A DNA stretch of 64,000 bases from Candidatus Omnitrophota bacterium (GCA_021731625.1 JAKFXC010000058.1:815-64814), one strand, 5' to 3'; positions 19,979 to 30,924 are shown, numbered from the stretch's first letter. Made by a program: numbers and translations. Notes: generated by a model from the letters alone, not told the origin.

Positions 19979-20929
19979 ATGACCCGCCGGCAAAAATCCC
20001 TTGTTTTTCTGCTGGTTTTTCTGTTTGGTCTTCCGCAATTTTCCCACGCGGTCTGGATTTGGACCCCGGAAACCGGCAAGTTCATCAACCCCAAAATGGC
20101 GGTCAAATCGACGCCCCGCGAGCAATTGGAATATGCCCTGGCATTTTGGGACGGTAAAAAATACGCCCAGGCCCAGGCGGAACTTAAGAAACTCATCAAG
20201 AATTATCCCCGCGCCAAAGAAGCCCCCGAAGCCCAATACTATATAGGCCAAGTTTATGAAGAACTCAACCGGCCCTACGAGGCGTTTAAGGCCTATCAGG
20301 TGGTCATTGATAAATACCCTTTCAGCGAACGGGCCGCTGAGATTGTGGAAATCCAATACCAGATCGCCAACCAGATGTTGGGAGGCAAAAATAGACAGGG
20401 CAAATGGGTGGAAGCCATTGTCGGGGGGGACGACCGTATCACTGAAATTTTCCGGGCCGTCATCAAGAACGCGCCTTATGGAAAATATGCCCCGGTGTCC
20501 CAATATAAAATCGGGCTGTATTTGAAAGAACGGGGCCTGCTGCAGGAGGCCCGGGATGAGTTTGAAAAAACCATCAATGATTATCCGACCAGCGAATGGG
20601 CCAAGGCCGCCAAATTCCAGACCGCCATGACCGACACTCAGCGTTCCGGTGATGTTCAGCGGGAGCAAAAAGTCACCGCTGTGGCATTGGATGAATTCAA
20701 GGATTTTGTCAAGAACCACCCCGATAGTGAATTGACGGAACAGGCCAAGGAGCAAATTGACCGGCTGCGCTTTAAAGAAGCGGAGAACACCTTCCTCATC
20801 GCGCAATTTTATGAGAAACAAAAGAACTTTAAGTCTGCCGGAGTGTATTACAAATCCATTTGGAACAAATACGCGGACACCATATGGGGGCCCAAAGCCT
20901 TGGGCCGCCTGAAAGCGCTGGGCCAATGA
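19979..20929 (+). CDS. BamD-like TPR outer-membrane assembly lipoprotein
   Basis: Signal peptide; TPR units with an AQAQAELKKLIKNYPRAKEAPEAQYYIGQVYEE-type helix pattern. Gene order is bamD-like, lptE, holA. Confidence 0.5.
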   Translation: MTRRQKSLVFLLVFLFGLPQFSHAVWIWTPETGKFINPKMAVKSTPREQLEYALAFWDGKKYAQAQAELKKLIKNYPRAKEAPEAQYYIGQVYEELNRPYEAFKAYQVVIDKYPFSERAAEIVEIQYQIANQMLGGKNRQGKWVEAIVGGDDRITEIFRAVIKNAPYGKYAPVSQYKIGLYLKERGLLQEARDEFEKTINDYPTSEWAKAAKFQTAMTDTQRSGDVQREQKVTAVALDEFKDFVKNHPDSELTEQAKEQIDRLRFKEAENTFLIAQFYEKQKNFKSAGVYYKSIWNKYADTIWGPKALGRLKALGQ

Positions 20930-21474
20930 TCAGGACATCATTCAAATCTTTATTTGTACTTCTTGGGGTTGGCATTGGGATCACTTTGACGGGCGGCTGC
21001 GGGTACAGCACCGGTTCCTTGCTGCCTAGCAATTACCGCACCATTTCCGTCGAGCCATTTAAAAACAAAGTCGGTTATTTGAATGAGAACATCCGCGGGC
21101 TGTATGTGCCGCTTCTAGAGGCTAAAGTGCACGATGCGGTGGTCAGCCGTTTTCAAACCGATGGACATTTGAAGGTTACCCGCTCTGAGCAGGCAGACCT
21201 GGTGCTTAAAGGAAGTTTAATTGGTTTTGACCGGGAAGAATTGCGTTTAAGCGACAACCAGGACGTGACCGAATACCGTCTGCGCATCACCGTGGCCATC
21301 ACCCTCTTTGATGGGACAGGGGGCGGACAGGAACTCTGGGACGAACCCTCATACTCGGGGGAAGCCACGTATTATATCAGCGGCCCGCAGGCCAAGTCCG
21401 AGGCCCAGGCCTTGGACGATGCCTTGAAGGACATATCCCGCCGCATCGTCGAGCGAACCCTTGAGAATTGGTGA
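20926..21474 (+). CDS. lptE: LPS-assembly lipoprotein LptE
   Basis: MIRTSFKSLFVLLGVGIGITLTGGCGY lipobox. LptE-like YRLRITVAITL core. ATGA overlap with the upstream stop. Confidence 0.55.
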   Translation: MIRTSFKSLFVLLGVGIGITLTGGCGYSTGSLLPSNYRTISVEPFKNKVGYLNENIRGLYVPLLEAKVHDAVVSRFQTDGHLKVTRSEQADLVLKGSLIGFDREELRLSDNQDVTEYRLRITVAITLFDGTGGGQELWDEPSYSGEATYYISGPQAKSEAQALDDALKDISRRIVERTLENW

Positions 21475-22121
21475 TGGTTTATCTGCTGCTCGGCGAAGAT
21501 TTAAAATCGAAAGACGCCAAAATTTCCCAAATCAAGTCGGTATGTTTTAAAGACCCCCAGGCTTTGCATTTTGATTTTGAGGCCTTGGACGCGCATGGCC
21601 TGCCCGCCGACACTTTAAAAAAAGCATTGCTCATTTTGCCGGTTCTGTCCGCTAAGCGGCTGGTGCTGTTGCGCAATGCCCATCAGATCAAAGCCGCCGA
21701 CGCGGCGGTGTTGCGGCAATTCCTCAAACAGCCGGCCGCGCACATCGACCTCGTTCTTGAAGCGAAGGAATTAAAAAGTGAATTTAAAGACATTGCCGCT
21801 CTGTGCACCGTCAGTAAATTCGGTGTTGCCGAGCCGGACAATGTTTTTGACATGACGAGGTTAATGGCGGCGGGACGGGCCAAGGATGCGTTAAAGATGT
21901 TGCACACCTTTTATGAAGGCGGTACCCATCCCTTGCAGATCATGGGGGGGTTGGTGTGGTTTTGGGGCAAAGAAGGCCGGTCCTTAAGGAAAGAAAAATT
22001 TGAACGTGGCTTGAAGGCCCTGGAAGACGCGGACTTAAATATTAAACGCAGCCGGATCGATCCGGAATATGCGGTGGAAAAAGCCGTGGTGGAATTGACC
22101 GGACTACTTAACACCCGTTAA
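21474..22121 (+). CDS. holA: DNA polymerase III delta subunit (short form)
   Basis: MVYLLLGEDLKSKDAK..., a delta-subunit N-terminal fold pattern. It follows lptE as in the conserved lptE-holA pair. Confidence 0.55.
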   Translation: MVYLLLGEDLKSKDAKISQIKSVCFKDPQALHFDFEALDAHGLPADTLKKALLILPVLSAKRLVLLRNAHQIKAADAAVLRQFLKQPAAHIDLVLEAKELKSEFKDIAALCTVSKFGVAEPDNVFDMTRLMAAGRAKDALKMLHTFYEGGTHPLQIMGGLVWFWGKEGRSLRKEKFERGLKALEDADLNIKRSRIDPEYAVEKAVVELTGLLNTR

Positions 22122-22364
22122 CAGTTTGGCGAAACGGGCTTTGCGGCGGGCAGCGGTTCTTTTGTGCAGGACATTGCGTTTGGCGGCTTTGTCCAGTTTC
22201 TTGTAAACCGTTTTGAGCAGGTCTTGGGAATCTGCTTTTTTGTCCTTGGCCGCGCTAAGGAACGATTTAATGGTTTTCTTTAAATCGGTCTTGATGTCCA
22301 GGTTATGCATGTGCCTGGTGTAGTTTTTGCGGTGTTCTTTTATGGATGTTCGTCTCTGCGGCAT
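22104..22364 (-). CDS. rpsT: 30S ribosomal protein S20
   Basis: 86 aa. MPQRRTSIKEHRKNYTRHMHN...RTAARRKARFAKLL. Confidence 0.9.
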   Translation of the reverse strand: MPQRRTSIKEHRKNYTRHMHNLDIKTDLKKTIKSFLSAAKDKKADSQDLLKTVYKKLDKAAKRNVLHKRTAARRKARFAKLLTGVK

Positions 22365-22395
22365 AAGGCCGATAATATAGCAAAGAGCCCCCAGG

Positions 22396-23748
22396 ATGTC
22401 AAATAGTAAATCCCCCAGCCATCATAAGTCGTTACTTAAAGCCGGAGGCGTGGTTTCGTTGGGGGTGCTGTGCTCGCGATTCTTAGGGTTTGTGCGGGAC
22501 ATGGTGATGGCGCATTTTATGGGCACGGGCCTCGCGGCCGAGGCTTTTTTTGTGGCCCAGCGCATCCCCAATGTGATGCGGGATTTGGTCGGGGAGGGCG
22601 CTGCCAACGCGGCGATTGTGCCGGTGCTGTCCGAATACCAACAGCAACGGTCCCGGCCAGAATGGCAGGCCTTGATCAATGTGATCATGGCGTGGGGCTT
22701 GCTGGTTTTAGGGGGCATCACCGTCGTGGGCCTTTTGGCGGCGCCTTGGATCGTGCAGGTGATGGCGCCTGGCTTCCGGGAAGACCCGCAGAAATTCCAG
22801 CTGACCGTCGAGTTGACCCGCATCATGTTCCCGTATCTTATCCTGATTGCCCTGGCGGCTTTTCAATCCGGAATTCTTTTTTCCATCAATTCTTTTGTGG
22901 CGCCGGCGTTTGGGCCGTGCTTATTGAATGTGGTGATGATTGGCAGCGGCTTTGCCGCCGTGTGGTTTGGCTGGCCGTTTGTGTACGTGCTGTCGCTGGC
23001 GGTGGTCTTGGGCGGCATGGCCCAGTTTTGGGTGCAGTGGCTGGCCCTGCGTGCCAAAGGTGTGCAGGTCACTTGGCCCCGGACTTTTCAGAATGAGGGG
23101 GCCCGCAAAGTCCTCTCCCTTTTGATCCCGCGGATTTGGGGGTCCGGTGTATACCAAATCAATGTTTTGGCCGACACCTTGTGCGCGTCCTTGGCCTTCA
23201 TCGTAGGTCCCGGCGGCGTGGCAGCCCTCTATTATGCCACCCGCATCATCCAGTTTCCGTTGGGCGTGTTTGGATATGCGCTATCGTCGGTGAGTTTGCC
23301 GGTGCTGTCTAAAATTGCCGCCGACGGGGATATGCGCGCTTTTAAACAAACGCTGCTGTTTTCCCTGCGCAACTTGCTGCTGGTCCTGGTCCCTTGCGCC
23401 GCGCTGCTGGCCGTGGGGGCGCCTTGGATCATCAGGGTTGTTTTCGAGCGCGGGGCGTTCGGGGCTTACTCGACGGAGATAACCGCGCAGGCCTTGTTTT
23501 TTTCCAGTCTCGGGCTGCCGTTTTACGGGGCGTCGCGCCTCTTGGCCGGCGCCTTCTACGCCCTGCAGGACTCCAAAACTCCGGCAAAATCTGCTACAAT
23601 ATGTCTGATTGTCAATATTGTTTTGAATGTGCTTTTGATGTTTCCTCTAAAGATCGGCGGGATCGCCCTTGCCAGCAGCATCGCCAGCCTGGTAAATACC
23701 CTCATGCTATGGACCAGCTTAAAGAAAAAATTAAATCGCTCCCAGTGA
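22396..23748 (+). CDS. murJ: lipid II flippase MurJ
   Basis: FLGFVRDMVMAHFMGTGLAAEAFFVAQRIPNVMRDLVGEGA; multiple TM helices. Confidence 0.9.
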   Translation: MSNSKSPSHHKSLLKAGGVVSLGVLCSRFLGFVRDMVMAHFMGTGLAAEAFFVAQRIPNVMRDLVGEGAANAAIVPVLSEYQQQRSRPEWQALINVIMAWGLLVLGGITVVGLLAAPWIVQVMAPGFREDPQKFQLTVELTRIMFPYLILIALAAFQSGILFSINSFVAPAFGPCLLNVVMIGSGFAAVWFGWPFVYVLSLAVVLGGMAQFWVQWLALRAKGVQVTWPRTFQNEGARKVLSLLIPRIWGSGVYQINVLADTLCASLAFIVGPGGVAALYYATRIIQFPLGVFGYALSSVSLPVLSKIAADGDMRAFKQTLLFSLRNLLLVLVPCAALLAVGAPWIIRVVFERGAFGAYSTEITAQALFFSSLGLPFYGASRLLAGAFYALQDSKTPAKSATICLIVNIVLNVLLMFPLKIGGIALASSIASLVNTLMLWTSLKKKLNRSQ

Positions 23749-24980
23749 CCAGCGGCGTTTATATTTATAAAGATGCCGACGGCAATGTCATTTACATCGG
23801 CAAGGCCGTGAATTTGCGTAAGCGCGTGGAGTCCTACCTGCGTGCAAAGGACAGTTTAAAGACCGGTATGCTGGTGGCCCGCGTGGCCGACATCGAAACC
23901 ATCCCTACGCTCTCGGAAGCGGAGGCGCTGCTGCTGGAGGCGGGCCTGATTAAAAAACACCAGCCGCGCTACAACGTTGAACTCAAAGATGGCAAGACCT
24001 ATCCGTTTATCCAGATCACCAAAGAAGAGTTTCCGTTAGTGTCCGTGGTGCGGGTGAGCAGCCGCCAGAATGAGGGAAAGTCGAAGGGGGATTTGTATGG
24101 GCCGTATGTCGAATCCCGTTTGATCCGCGAGGCCCTGCAAATCATCCGCCGGATCTTTCCTTTCCGCAGCTGCTCGCCGTTTGCTCATAAACTTTGCTTG
24201 GATTACCACATTGGTTTGTGCGCCGGGCCGTGCGAAGGGAAAATCAGCAAAGCAGAGTACGCCCGCAACATCCGTCACGTGCGCTTGATTCTCGACGGCA
24301 ACAAAGACGGCCTATACCGCCAGCTGCGCAAGGAAATGGAAGAGTTTTCCCGCGTCAAAGAGTTTGAGAAGGCCGGCACCGTGCGGGACCAGATGAGGGC
24401 CATCGGCGCGCTCTATTCCAGCTCCGCCGACATCAATTATTTTAAGGAAGCGGAGCAGCTGCAGCGGGCGTTGCATTTGCCCAAGGAGCCCCTGCGCATC
24501 GAATGCTTTGACATCTCCAACATCATGGGCACTCATTCGACAGGGTCGATGGTCTCTTTTTTAAACGGCAAACCGGATAAGAATAATTACCGGCGGTTTA
24601 AGATCAAAACCGTCAAAGGCATCGACGACGTGCAAATGATGGGGGAAGTGGTGCGTCGTCGGTACACCCGGCTCAAAAAAGAAGGCGCCGCGTTCCCTGA
24701 CCTCATTTTAATCGACGGCGGCAAAGGCCAGTTGGGGGGCGCGGTCAAGGAACTTAAAGAACTGGACGTGAGCATCCCAATTGCAGCCCTGGCCAAACGC
24801 GAGGAAGAGATATTTTTGCCCACCCGCCGCCTGCCGGTGATTTTGCCGCCGGATTCGCTGGGCCTGAAACTGGTCATGCGCGTGCGCGACGAGGCGCATC
24901 GGTTTGCCCTCAAATATCACCGTTTCCTCCGTGGCAGAGAGGCGCTAGACAAGGACGAAACGCGGATTAATCCAAATTGA
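23709..24980 (+). CDS. uvrC: excinuclease ABC subunit C homolog, short form lacking the C-terminal tandem HhH
   Basis: GIY-YIG SGVYIYKDADGNVIYIGKAVNLRKRV. The UvrC-type C-terminal nuclease region LILIDGGKGQLGGAV is present. 423 aa. The start overlaps the murJ end. Confidence 0.7.
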   Translation: MDQLKEKIKSLPVTSGVYIYKDADGNVIYIGKAVNLRKRVESYLRAKDSLKTGMLVARVADIETIPTLSEAEALLLEAGLIKKHQPRYNVELKDGKTYPFIQITKEEFPLVSVVRVSSRQNEGKSKGDLYGPYVESRLIREALQIIRRIFPFRSCSPFAHKLCLDYHIGLCAGPCEGKISKAEYARNIRHVRLILDGNKDGLYRQLRKEMEEFSRVKEFEKAGTVRDQMRAIGALYSSSADINYFKEAEQLQRALHLPKEPLRIECFDISNIMGTHSTGSMVSFLNGKPDKNNYRRFKIKTVKGIDDVQMMGEVVRRRYTRLKKEGAAFPDLILIDGGKGQLGGAVKELKELDVSIPIAALAKREEEIFLPTRRLPVILPPDSLGLKLVMRVRDEAHRFALKYHRFLRGREALDKDETRINPN

Positions 24981-25035
24981 GGGGCTTGCGATTGCGTACA
25001 CATTATGGTACACTTACTTCAGGAGGTGATCGTTT

Positions 25036-25308
25036 ATGGTGAACACTATTTCGGTGCGTGAATTGCGTCCAAGACTTTCCAACGTGATCGATCGGATCCA
25101 TGACCGGTTTGATCGTTACGTTGTTACTAAGCGCGGTAAACCGGAAGTCGTCATGATGAGTATTGAGGATTACGAGGGGCTTTTAGAAACCTTGGAAATT
25201 CAATCAGATAAGATGCTTATGAAACGCATCAAAAAAGCGGAAAAAGATTTAACTTTAGGAAAAGGCGTGGCTTTGGAAGACTTTTATAGGAAATTGAAAA
25301 TTGTATAA
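25036..25308 (+). CDS. Phd/YefM-family antitoxin
   Basis: MVNTISVRELRPRLSNVIDRI...VVTKRGKPEVVMMSIEDYEGLLETLEI; AGGAGG RBS. Confidence 0.8.
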   Translation: MVNTISVRELRPRLSNVIDRIHDRFDRYVVTKRGKPEVVMMSIEDYEGLLETLEIQSDKMLMKRIKKAEKDLTLGKGVALEDFYRKLKIV

Positions 25309-25564
25309 AGTTATTTTGCTGCCTGAGGCTGAAAAAAGTCTTGAGCAGATTTATTATGGCGATCGGTCGCATTTCCAGCGCATCAAACATGCCATTGACT
25401 CGTTAAAAGTTGACCCCTCTCAGGGAAAACTACTGAAGAATGGACTTAAAGGTAAATTATCCTTACGGGTCGGTTTTTACAGAGTCATTTATTCCGTTGA
25501 TCACAAAGTAGTGACAGTGTACATTTTCGATGTTGGTCACAGAAGCGGAGTTTATAAGCGTTGA
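25301..25564 (+). CDS. RelE/ParE (YoeB-like) toxin
   Basis: KGKLSLRVGFYRVIYSVDHKVVTVYIFDVGHR. TTG start overlapping the antitoxin stop. Confidence 0.7.
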   Translation: MYKVILLPEAEKSLEQIYYGDRSHFQRIKHAIDSLKVDPSQGKLLKNGLKGKLSLRVGFYRVIYSVDHKVVTVYIFDVGHRSGVYKR

Positions 25565-25733
25565 ATCAGGGGTTGAATTGCGTGCCGCCCACCCCAACCG
25601 GACTTAATTTTGGTGGATCATTGGCGGTCTCTCCAAACCCGCTCTCTAAGTTAACCCCCGAATAGATTTCTATCGACAGTATTTAGATTTAAGATTATTA
25701 TAATTACTTTTACGGCGCTGGAGGTGTTTGTCG

Positions 25734-26825
25734 ATGGAGATCGGAATTGTCGGTTTGCCCAATGTGGGCAAATCGTCGTTGTTTAATGCGTTGACCGGCG
25801 CCCAGGCGGCGGCTGAAAATTTTCCGTTTACGACCATCGAACCGAACATCGGCGTGGTACCGTTACCGGACCCACGCCTGGAAGTTTTTGCCAAAGAGTG
25901 GGAATCGCAAAAAGTGGTCCCTTCAGGGATCCGGTTTGTGGACATTGCCGGCATTGTCAAAGGCGCCAGCGAAGGCCAGGGATTAGGGAATAAGTTCCTG
26001 GCGCACATCCGTTCCGTCGACGCCATCGCCCACGTGGTGCGCTGTTTTAAAGACGACAATGTGGTCAATGTCATGCAGGATTTGGACCCTAAGTCCGCGG
26101 CGGACATCATTGAGACCGAGCTTTTATTGGCGGACATTCAGCAGGCCCAGAAAGCTTTAGAAAAATGGATGAAAACAGCCAAGGGCGGGGACAAGGACGC
26201 CAAGGAGCGCTGCGAGACACTGGACACCTTGCTTAAAGGTTTTAACGACGGCAAGCCGGCTCGCAGCCAGGCCTCCCGTACGGAGAACCCGTTGCCAGCA
26301 GAAAGTTTTGCGGAATACCAGTTTTTGACCGCCAAGCCGTTACTGTATGTGGCCAACACCGACGAGGGAGATCCGGATCCGGCATTGCTTAAGCCTTTGC
26401 AGGAACGGGCCGCCAAAGAAGGCGCGGCCTTGATTGCGCTGTGCACGAAGCTTGAGGCGGAGATCGTGCAATTGCCGCAGGAAGAACGCAAAGGGTATTA
26501 TGAATCCGCCGGCATCGCCACCCCGGGTCTGGCCCGTTTGGCGCAGGCGGGTAAAGATTTATTGGGGCTGGTCTGTTTTTTTACCGCTGGGCCGCAAGAA
26601 ACACACGCCTGGCTGATTCCCAAAGGCACCCGCGCGGTCAAAGCCGCCGGAAAGATCCACAGCGACATCGAACGCGGGTTTATCCGGGCGGAAATTTATA
26701 CGTATGACGATTTGGCCAAACACGGCTCTTATAAAGCCCTGCAAGAAAAAAATTTAGTGCGGCTCGAAGGAAAAGATTACGAAATCAAAGACGGCGACGC
26801 CGCGTATTTTAGGTTTAGTGTATGA
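25734..26825 (+). CDS. ychF: ribosome-binding ATPase YchF
   Basis: MEIGIVGLPNVGKSSLFNALT G1 motif. TGS-like C-terminus. GGAGG RBS 9 nt upstream. Confidence 0.9.
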   Translation: MEIGIVGLPNVGKSSLFNALTGAQAAAENFPFTTIEPNIGVVPLPDPRLEVFAKEWESQKVVPSGIRFVDIAGIVKGASEGQGLGNKFLAHIRSVDAIAHVVRCFKDDNVVNVMQDLDPKSAADIIETELLLADIQQAQKALEKWMKTAKGGDKDAKERCETLDTLLKGFNDGKPARSQASRTENPLPAESFAEYQFLTAKPLLYVANTDEGDPDPALLKPLQERAAKEGAALIALCTKLEAEIVQLPQEERKGYYESAGIATPGLARLAQAGKDLLGLVCFFTAGPQETHAWLIPKGTRAVKAAGKIHSDIERGFIRAEIYTYDDLAKHGSYKALQEKNLVRLEGKDYEIKDGDAAYFRFSV

Positions 26826-27956
26826 TCGACGACATCAGTAAACATTTGGATGAACTTGCCCAGAGGCTGGCTGGCCTAAGGGGGTATCTTTGACATTGCC
26901 TCAAAAGAACAACGCATCGCCGAAATACAAGATTTGATGTCGCAGGCCGGGTTTTGGGACGACCAAAGCAAGGCCAATAAGGTCATGCAGGAACTTAAAA
27001 GTTTAAAGACCATCGTCGAGCCTTATTACGATGGCCTTAAACGCGCGACGGAATCACAGGAACTTTTGGAAATTTCCGGCGGGGACGAACACATGCAGCA
27101 GCAACTGGATGTCGAGGCCAAGGCCTTAGAGAAGACCATCGCCGGCATTGAAATGGCGGCCCGGCTGTCCGGCCCATTCGACAACAACAACGCGCTGCTT
27201 AGCATCAATCCCGGCGCCGGCGGCACCGAGTCTTGCGATTGGGCCAGCATGCTCTTTCGCATGTACGCCCGCTGGTGCGACATCCGCGGTTTTAAATATG
27301 AAGTGATCGACTACTTAGACGGTGAAGAGGCGGGCCTCAAAAGCGTCACCTTGCGCATCGAGGGAGAAAAGGCCTACGGGTATTTAAAATCGGAAAAAGG
27401 GGTGCACCGGCTGGTGCGCATTTCGCCTTTTGATGCCAATAAAAGGCGGCACACCTCGTTCGTGTCCGTCGAGGTGATCCCGGAAATCGAAGAAGACATC
27501 CCGCTGGACATTGACCCGTCGCAACTGCGCATTGATGTCTACCGTGCTTCCGGTCCCGGCGGCCAAGGGGTCAACACCACGGATTCTGCGGTGCGCATCA
27601 CCCACGTTCCGACCGGATTGGTGGCGCAGTCGCAAAAAGAGCGTTCGCAGCTGCAAAACAAGATGCAGGCCATGAAGGTGTTGCGGGCTAGGCTTTATGA
27701 ACTCAAGCGCCGTGAACAGGAAGAAGTGTTAAACAAAGAGGCCGGCGACAAACAGAAAATTGAATGGGGCAGCCAAATCCGCTCCTATGTGCTGCATCCG
27801 TATCTGATGGTCAAAGACCACCGCACCGGCGCCGAGACCGGCAATGCCCAAAAGGTGCTCGACGGTGAGATTGACCTTTTCATCGAGGGGTATTTAAGCA
27901 CGCGGCCAGAAGACCGGGACAAACGTTTAAAGAATAAAGGAAATGACGATGTTTGA
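26822..27956 (+). CDS. prfB: peptide chain release factor 2 with a programmed +1 frameshift at 26888-26894
   Basis: Frame 0 reads [23 protein letters not shown] then TGA. The site AGG GGG TAT CTT TGA C matches the canonical SD-like element plus CUU UGA C. Frame +1 continues [15 protein letters not shown]... into the RF2 body, with SPF/GGQ-type motifs present. ATGA overlap with the ychF stop. Confidence 0.9.
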
Positions 27957-30924
27957 TTTTTTGATCCGTAAGAGCGCTGTCAGTTCCGCCCAAAGCCATA
28001 TCGACCGGTTAAATCCCAAGGTGCAGATCCATATCCATCCGGAAGCGCCGCTGCCATCCATCGGTTTGGTCAAGCGCCTCTCCGGGCGCGCCGCGGCCAT
28101 CTGCGCGTTGGAACCCGCCATCAGCGCCTTGTCCGACGAGCAACTGAAGGCCAAGACCGCGGAATTTAAAGCCAAAATAACCCAGACCATTGCCAAGTCC
28201 AAGGCCCAGAACGATGATCTGCAGGAGCGGTACCGCCGGGCCCAGTCTGCCCAGGAACGCGAAGATCTGGGCGTGGAACTTAAAAAAATTGGCGAAGAAC
28301 TCTTCGACATCAAGCAGAAAGTTTTAGATGACATCTTAAACGAGGCATTCGCCGTCGTGCGCGAGGCGGGGAAACGCGTCCGCAACATGCGCCATTTCGA
28401 CGTGCAGCTCGTCGGCGGCATGGTCCTGCACGAAGGCAATATTTCAGAAATGACCACCGGCGAAGGCAAGACCTTAGTCGCCACGCTGCCTGCCTATTTA
28501 AACGCCTTGACCGGCGATGGGGTGCACATCGTCACCGTCAATGATTACCTGGCCCTGCGCGACCGCAACTGGATGGGGCCGATTTTTGAATCGTTGGGTT
28601 TGACGGTCGGCTGCATACAGCACGACATGAGCCCGCCGCAGCGCCAGCAGTCCTACAATTGCGACGTTACCTACGGCACCAACAATGAATTCGGTTTCGA
28701 TTATTTGCGCGACAATATGGTCTCCGCCAAGGAAGAAATGGTGCAACAACTCGGCCATGCGTATGCCATCGTCGACGAGGTGGACAGCATTTTGGTGGAT
28801 GAGGCCCGCACGCCGCTGATTATTTCCGGTCCGGCGGAAGAAAGCACGGACAAGTATTACAAGGCCAATCAGATTTCCCGCGAACTTAAAGGGCGATTGG
28901 TGACCGAGGCCCAGGAGGTCGATGCCAAACACAAGGGCGAGGACCTCTCGACGGGGTTTGATTATGTGGCGGATGAAAAAAATAAGACCATTGCCATGAC
29001 CGAGCAGGGTGAAGCCAAGGCCGCCCAGCTCTTCGGCGTCAAGAATTTGCACGACATTGAGACCGTCGAGTACCGCCACCACGTGGTCTGCAGCCTTAGG
29101 GCCAAGGAGTTTTTCCGGCGCGACGTGGATTATGTGGTCAAAGAGGGCAAAGTCATTATCGTGGATGAGTTTACCGGGCGCATGATGCCCGGCCGCCGCT
29201 GGTCGGACGGGTTGCACCAAGCCGTCGAGGCCCGCGAAGGCATCAAGATCGAGCGCGAGACCCAGACTTTGGCCACCATCACCTTCCAGAATTATTTTCG
29301 CATGTACGACAAGCTCTCCGGCATGACCGGCACCGCCTACACCGAGGCCAATGAATTCAAGCAGATCTACAACTTGGATGTGGTGGTCATCCCCACCAAT
29401 CGTCCGCTCATCCGCCAAAATTATCCGGACTGCATTTATAAGACCCAGGAGGGCAAATACAAAGCGGTGGTGGCAGACATCGAAGCCGCGCATCAAAAAG
29501 GCCAGCCGGTGTTGGTCGGCACGATTTCCATTGAGCGCTCGGAAATCATTTCCGGCCTGCTGCGCAGCAAAGGCATTCCGCACCAGGTTTTAAACGCCAA
29601 GTTCCATGAAATGGAGGCCCACATCATCGCCCAGGCCGGCCGCCATAAGCAGGTGACCATTGCCACCAACATGGCCGGACGCGGCACCGACATCATGCTC
29701 GGCGGCAACGCCGAATATCTGGCCCGGGCCCTGGCCGCTGAAAAAAATAAAAATGCCGAGGGGGAAGAGCACCAGGCCATGGTGGAAAAATTCATCAGCC
29801 AGTTCAAAGACCAGGTCGCCAAAGAAAAAGAGCAGGTCTTGGCCGCCGGGGGTTTATATGTCATGGGCACCGAACGCCACGAATCCCGCCGCATCGATAA
29901 TCAGTTGCGCGGCCGCTGCGGCCGTCAAGGAGACCCGGGCGCCACGCGTTTTTACGTTTCCCTACAGGATGATTTGATGCGCCTGTTTGCCTCCGACCGC
30001 ATCATGCTGGTCATGGACAAGTTAGGATTGGAAGAAGACCAGGTCATTGAATCGCGCATGGTCTCGGGGGCGCTGGAAGTTGCGCAAAAACGGGTGGAGA
30101 ATTACAACTTTGAAATCCGCAAACAATTGCTGGAATACGACAATGTGATGAACAAGCAGCGCGAGGTCATTTACTCGTTGCGCCGTTCCATCCTCGAGGG
30201 CGAAAACCTTAAAGACGTGGTGCTCGATGCGATCGCCTCTGCGTGCGACGATGTGCTGACCCAGCATTTAGAACTGACCACCGAGGGAGAGCGCAACCTG
30301 GAGACGCTGGCGGTGGACTTGCTGTCGCGTTTTTCCGTGGACATCCGCCCGCTCATGGAGCAACTTACAGGCAACACCTCCCAGCAAATCAAGGACGATG
30401 TCCAGGACCTGCTGATGAAGGCCTATGAATTTAAAGAACAGCAAATCACGCCGGACATGATGCGGCGTCTGGAGCGGATGGTGCTTTTGCATGTGATCGA
30501 CAATAAGTGGAAAGACCATTTGCATGCCATGGACCATATCAAAGACGGCATCAGCCTGCGGGCGCTGGGGCAGCGCGATCCTTTGGTGGAATACAAAAAG
30601 GAAGGGTTCGCCATGTTCAAAGGCATGTACGCGTCCATCAATCAGGAAGTGGCCACGCTGATGTTTAAACTGGAACCCTCGCCGGACATGAATCGCCCGC
30701 GTTCCATATTTAGCGATATAGATCAAAAGGCCGTGCATCAGGAATTTTCCGGACTGCCTACGGGCCAGCCCGGTCCTCCCGGAGTTCCTCCGGGGCTCAG
30801 GCCGCCAACAACCGGTGCCCCGCCGGCGTCCACGCCTCTACGCAGCAACACCCCCAAAGTCGGACGCAACGACCCCTGCCCCTGCGGCAGCGGTAAAAAA
30901 TACAAAAAATGCTGCGGCCAATAA
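27943..30924 (+). CDS. secA: preprotein translocase ATPase SecA
   Basis: DEAD motor motifs [17 protein letters not shown]...[20 protein letters not shown]-terminal zinc finger [14 protein letters not shown]. Confidence 0.95.
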   Translation: MTMFDFLIRKSAVSSAQSHIDRLNPKVQIHIHPEAPLPSIGLVKRLSGRAAAICALEPAISALSDEQLKAKTAEFKAKITQTIAKSKAQNDDLQERYRRAQSAQEREDLGVELKKIGEELFDIKQKVLDDILNEAFAVVREAGKRVRNMRHFDVQLVGGMVLHEGNISEMTTGEGKTLVATLPAYLNALTGDGVHIVTVNDYLALRDRNWMGPIFESLGLTVGCIQHDMSPPQRQQSYNCDVTYGTNNEFGFDYLRDNMVSAKEEMVQQLGHAYAIVDEVDSILVDEARTPLIISGPAEESTDKYYKANQISRELKGRLVTEAQEVDAKHKGEDLSTGFDYVADEKNKTIAMTEQGEAKAAQLFGVKNLHDIETVEYRHHVVCSLRAKEFFRRDVDYVVKEGKVIIVDEFTGRMMPGRRWSDGLHQAVEAREGIKIERETQTLATITFQNYFRMYDKLSGMTGTAYTEANEFKQIYNLDVVVIPTNRPLIRQNYPDCIYKTQEGKYKAVVADIEAAHQKGQPVLVGTISIERSEIISGLLRSKGIPHQVLNAKFHEMEAHIIAQAGRHKQVTIATNMAGRGTDIMLGGNAEYLARALAAEKNKNAEGEEHQAMVEKFISQFKDQVAKEKEQVLAAGGLYVMGTERHESRRIDNQLRGRCGRQGDPGATRFYVSLQDDLMRLFASDRIMLVMDKLGLEEDQVIESRMVSGALEVAQKRVENYNFEIRKQLLEYDNVMNKQREVIYSLRRSILEGENLKDVVLDAIASACDDVLTQHLELTTEGERNLETLAVDLLSRFSVDIRPLMEQLTGNTSQQIKDDVQDLLMKAYEFKEQQITPDMMRRLERMVLLHVIDNKWKDHLHAMDHIKDGISLRALGQRDPLVEYKKEGFAMFKGMYASINQEVATLMFKLEPSPDMNRPRSIFSDIDQKAVHQEFSGLPTGQPGPPGVPPGLRPPTTGAPPASTPLRSNTPKVGRNDPCPCGSGKKYKKCCGQ

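Noticed and set aside
22470-23096. 208-aa ORF in an alternative frame inside murJ. Other alternative-frame ORFs occur inside coding regions at 9847..10374, 9255..9605, 34547..34840 and 36991..37284.
   Set aside because: They overlap well-supported genes in another frame and have arginine/proline-rich, non-protein-like composition.
28498-29583. 361-aa ORF antisense to secA. Similar long antisense ORFs occur at 43691..44677 (opposite ftsH), 19961..20926 (opposite bamD), 31470..32234 (opposite lnt), 32943..33776 (opposite lpxL), 11049..11654 (opposite hflX) and 42919..43590 (opposite the lipoprotein).
   Set aside because: Shadow ORFs of GC-rich genes. Their translations are low-complexity (G/A/V/R/L-rich) while the opposite-strand proteins have strong family motifs.
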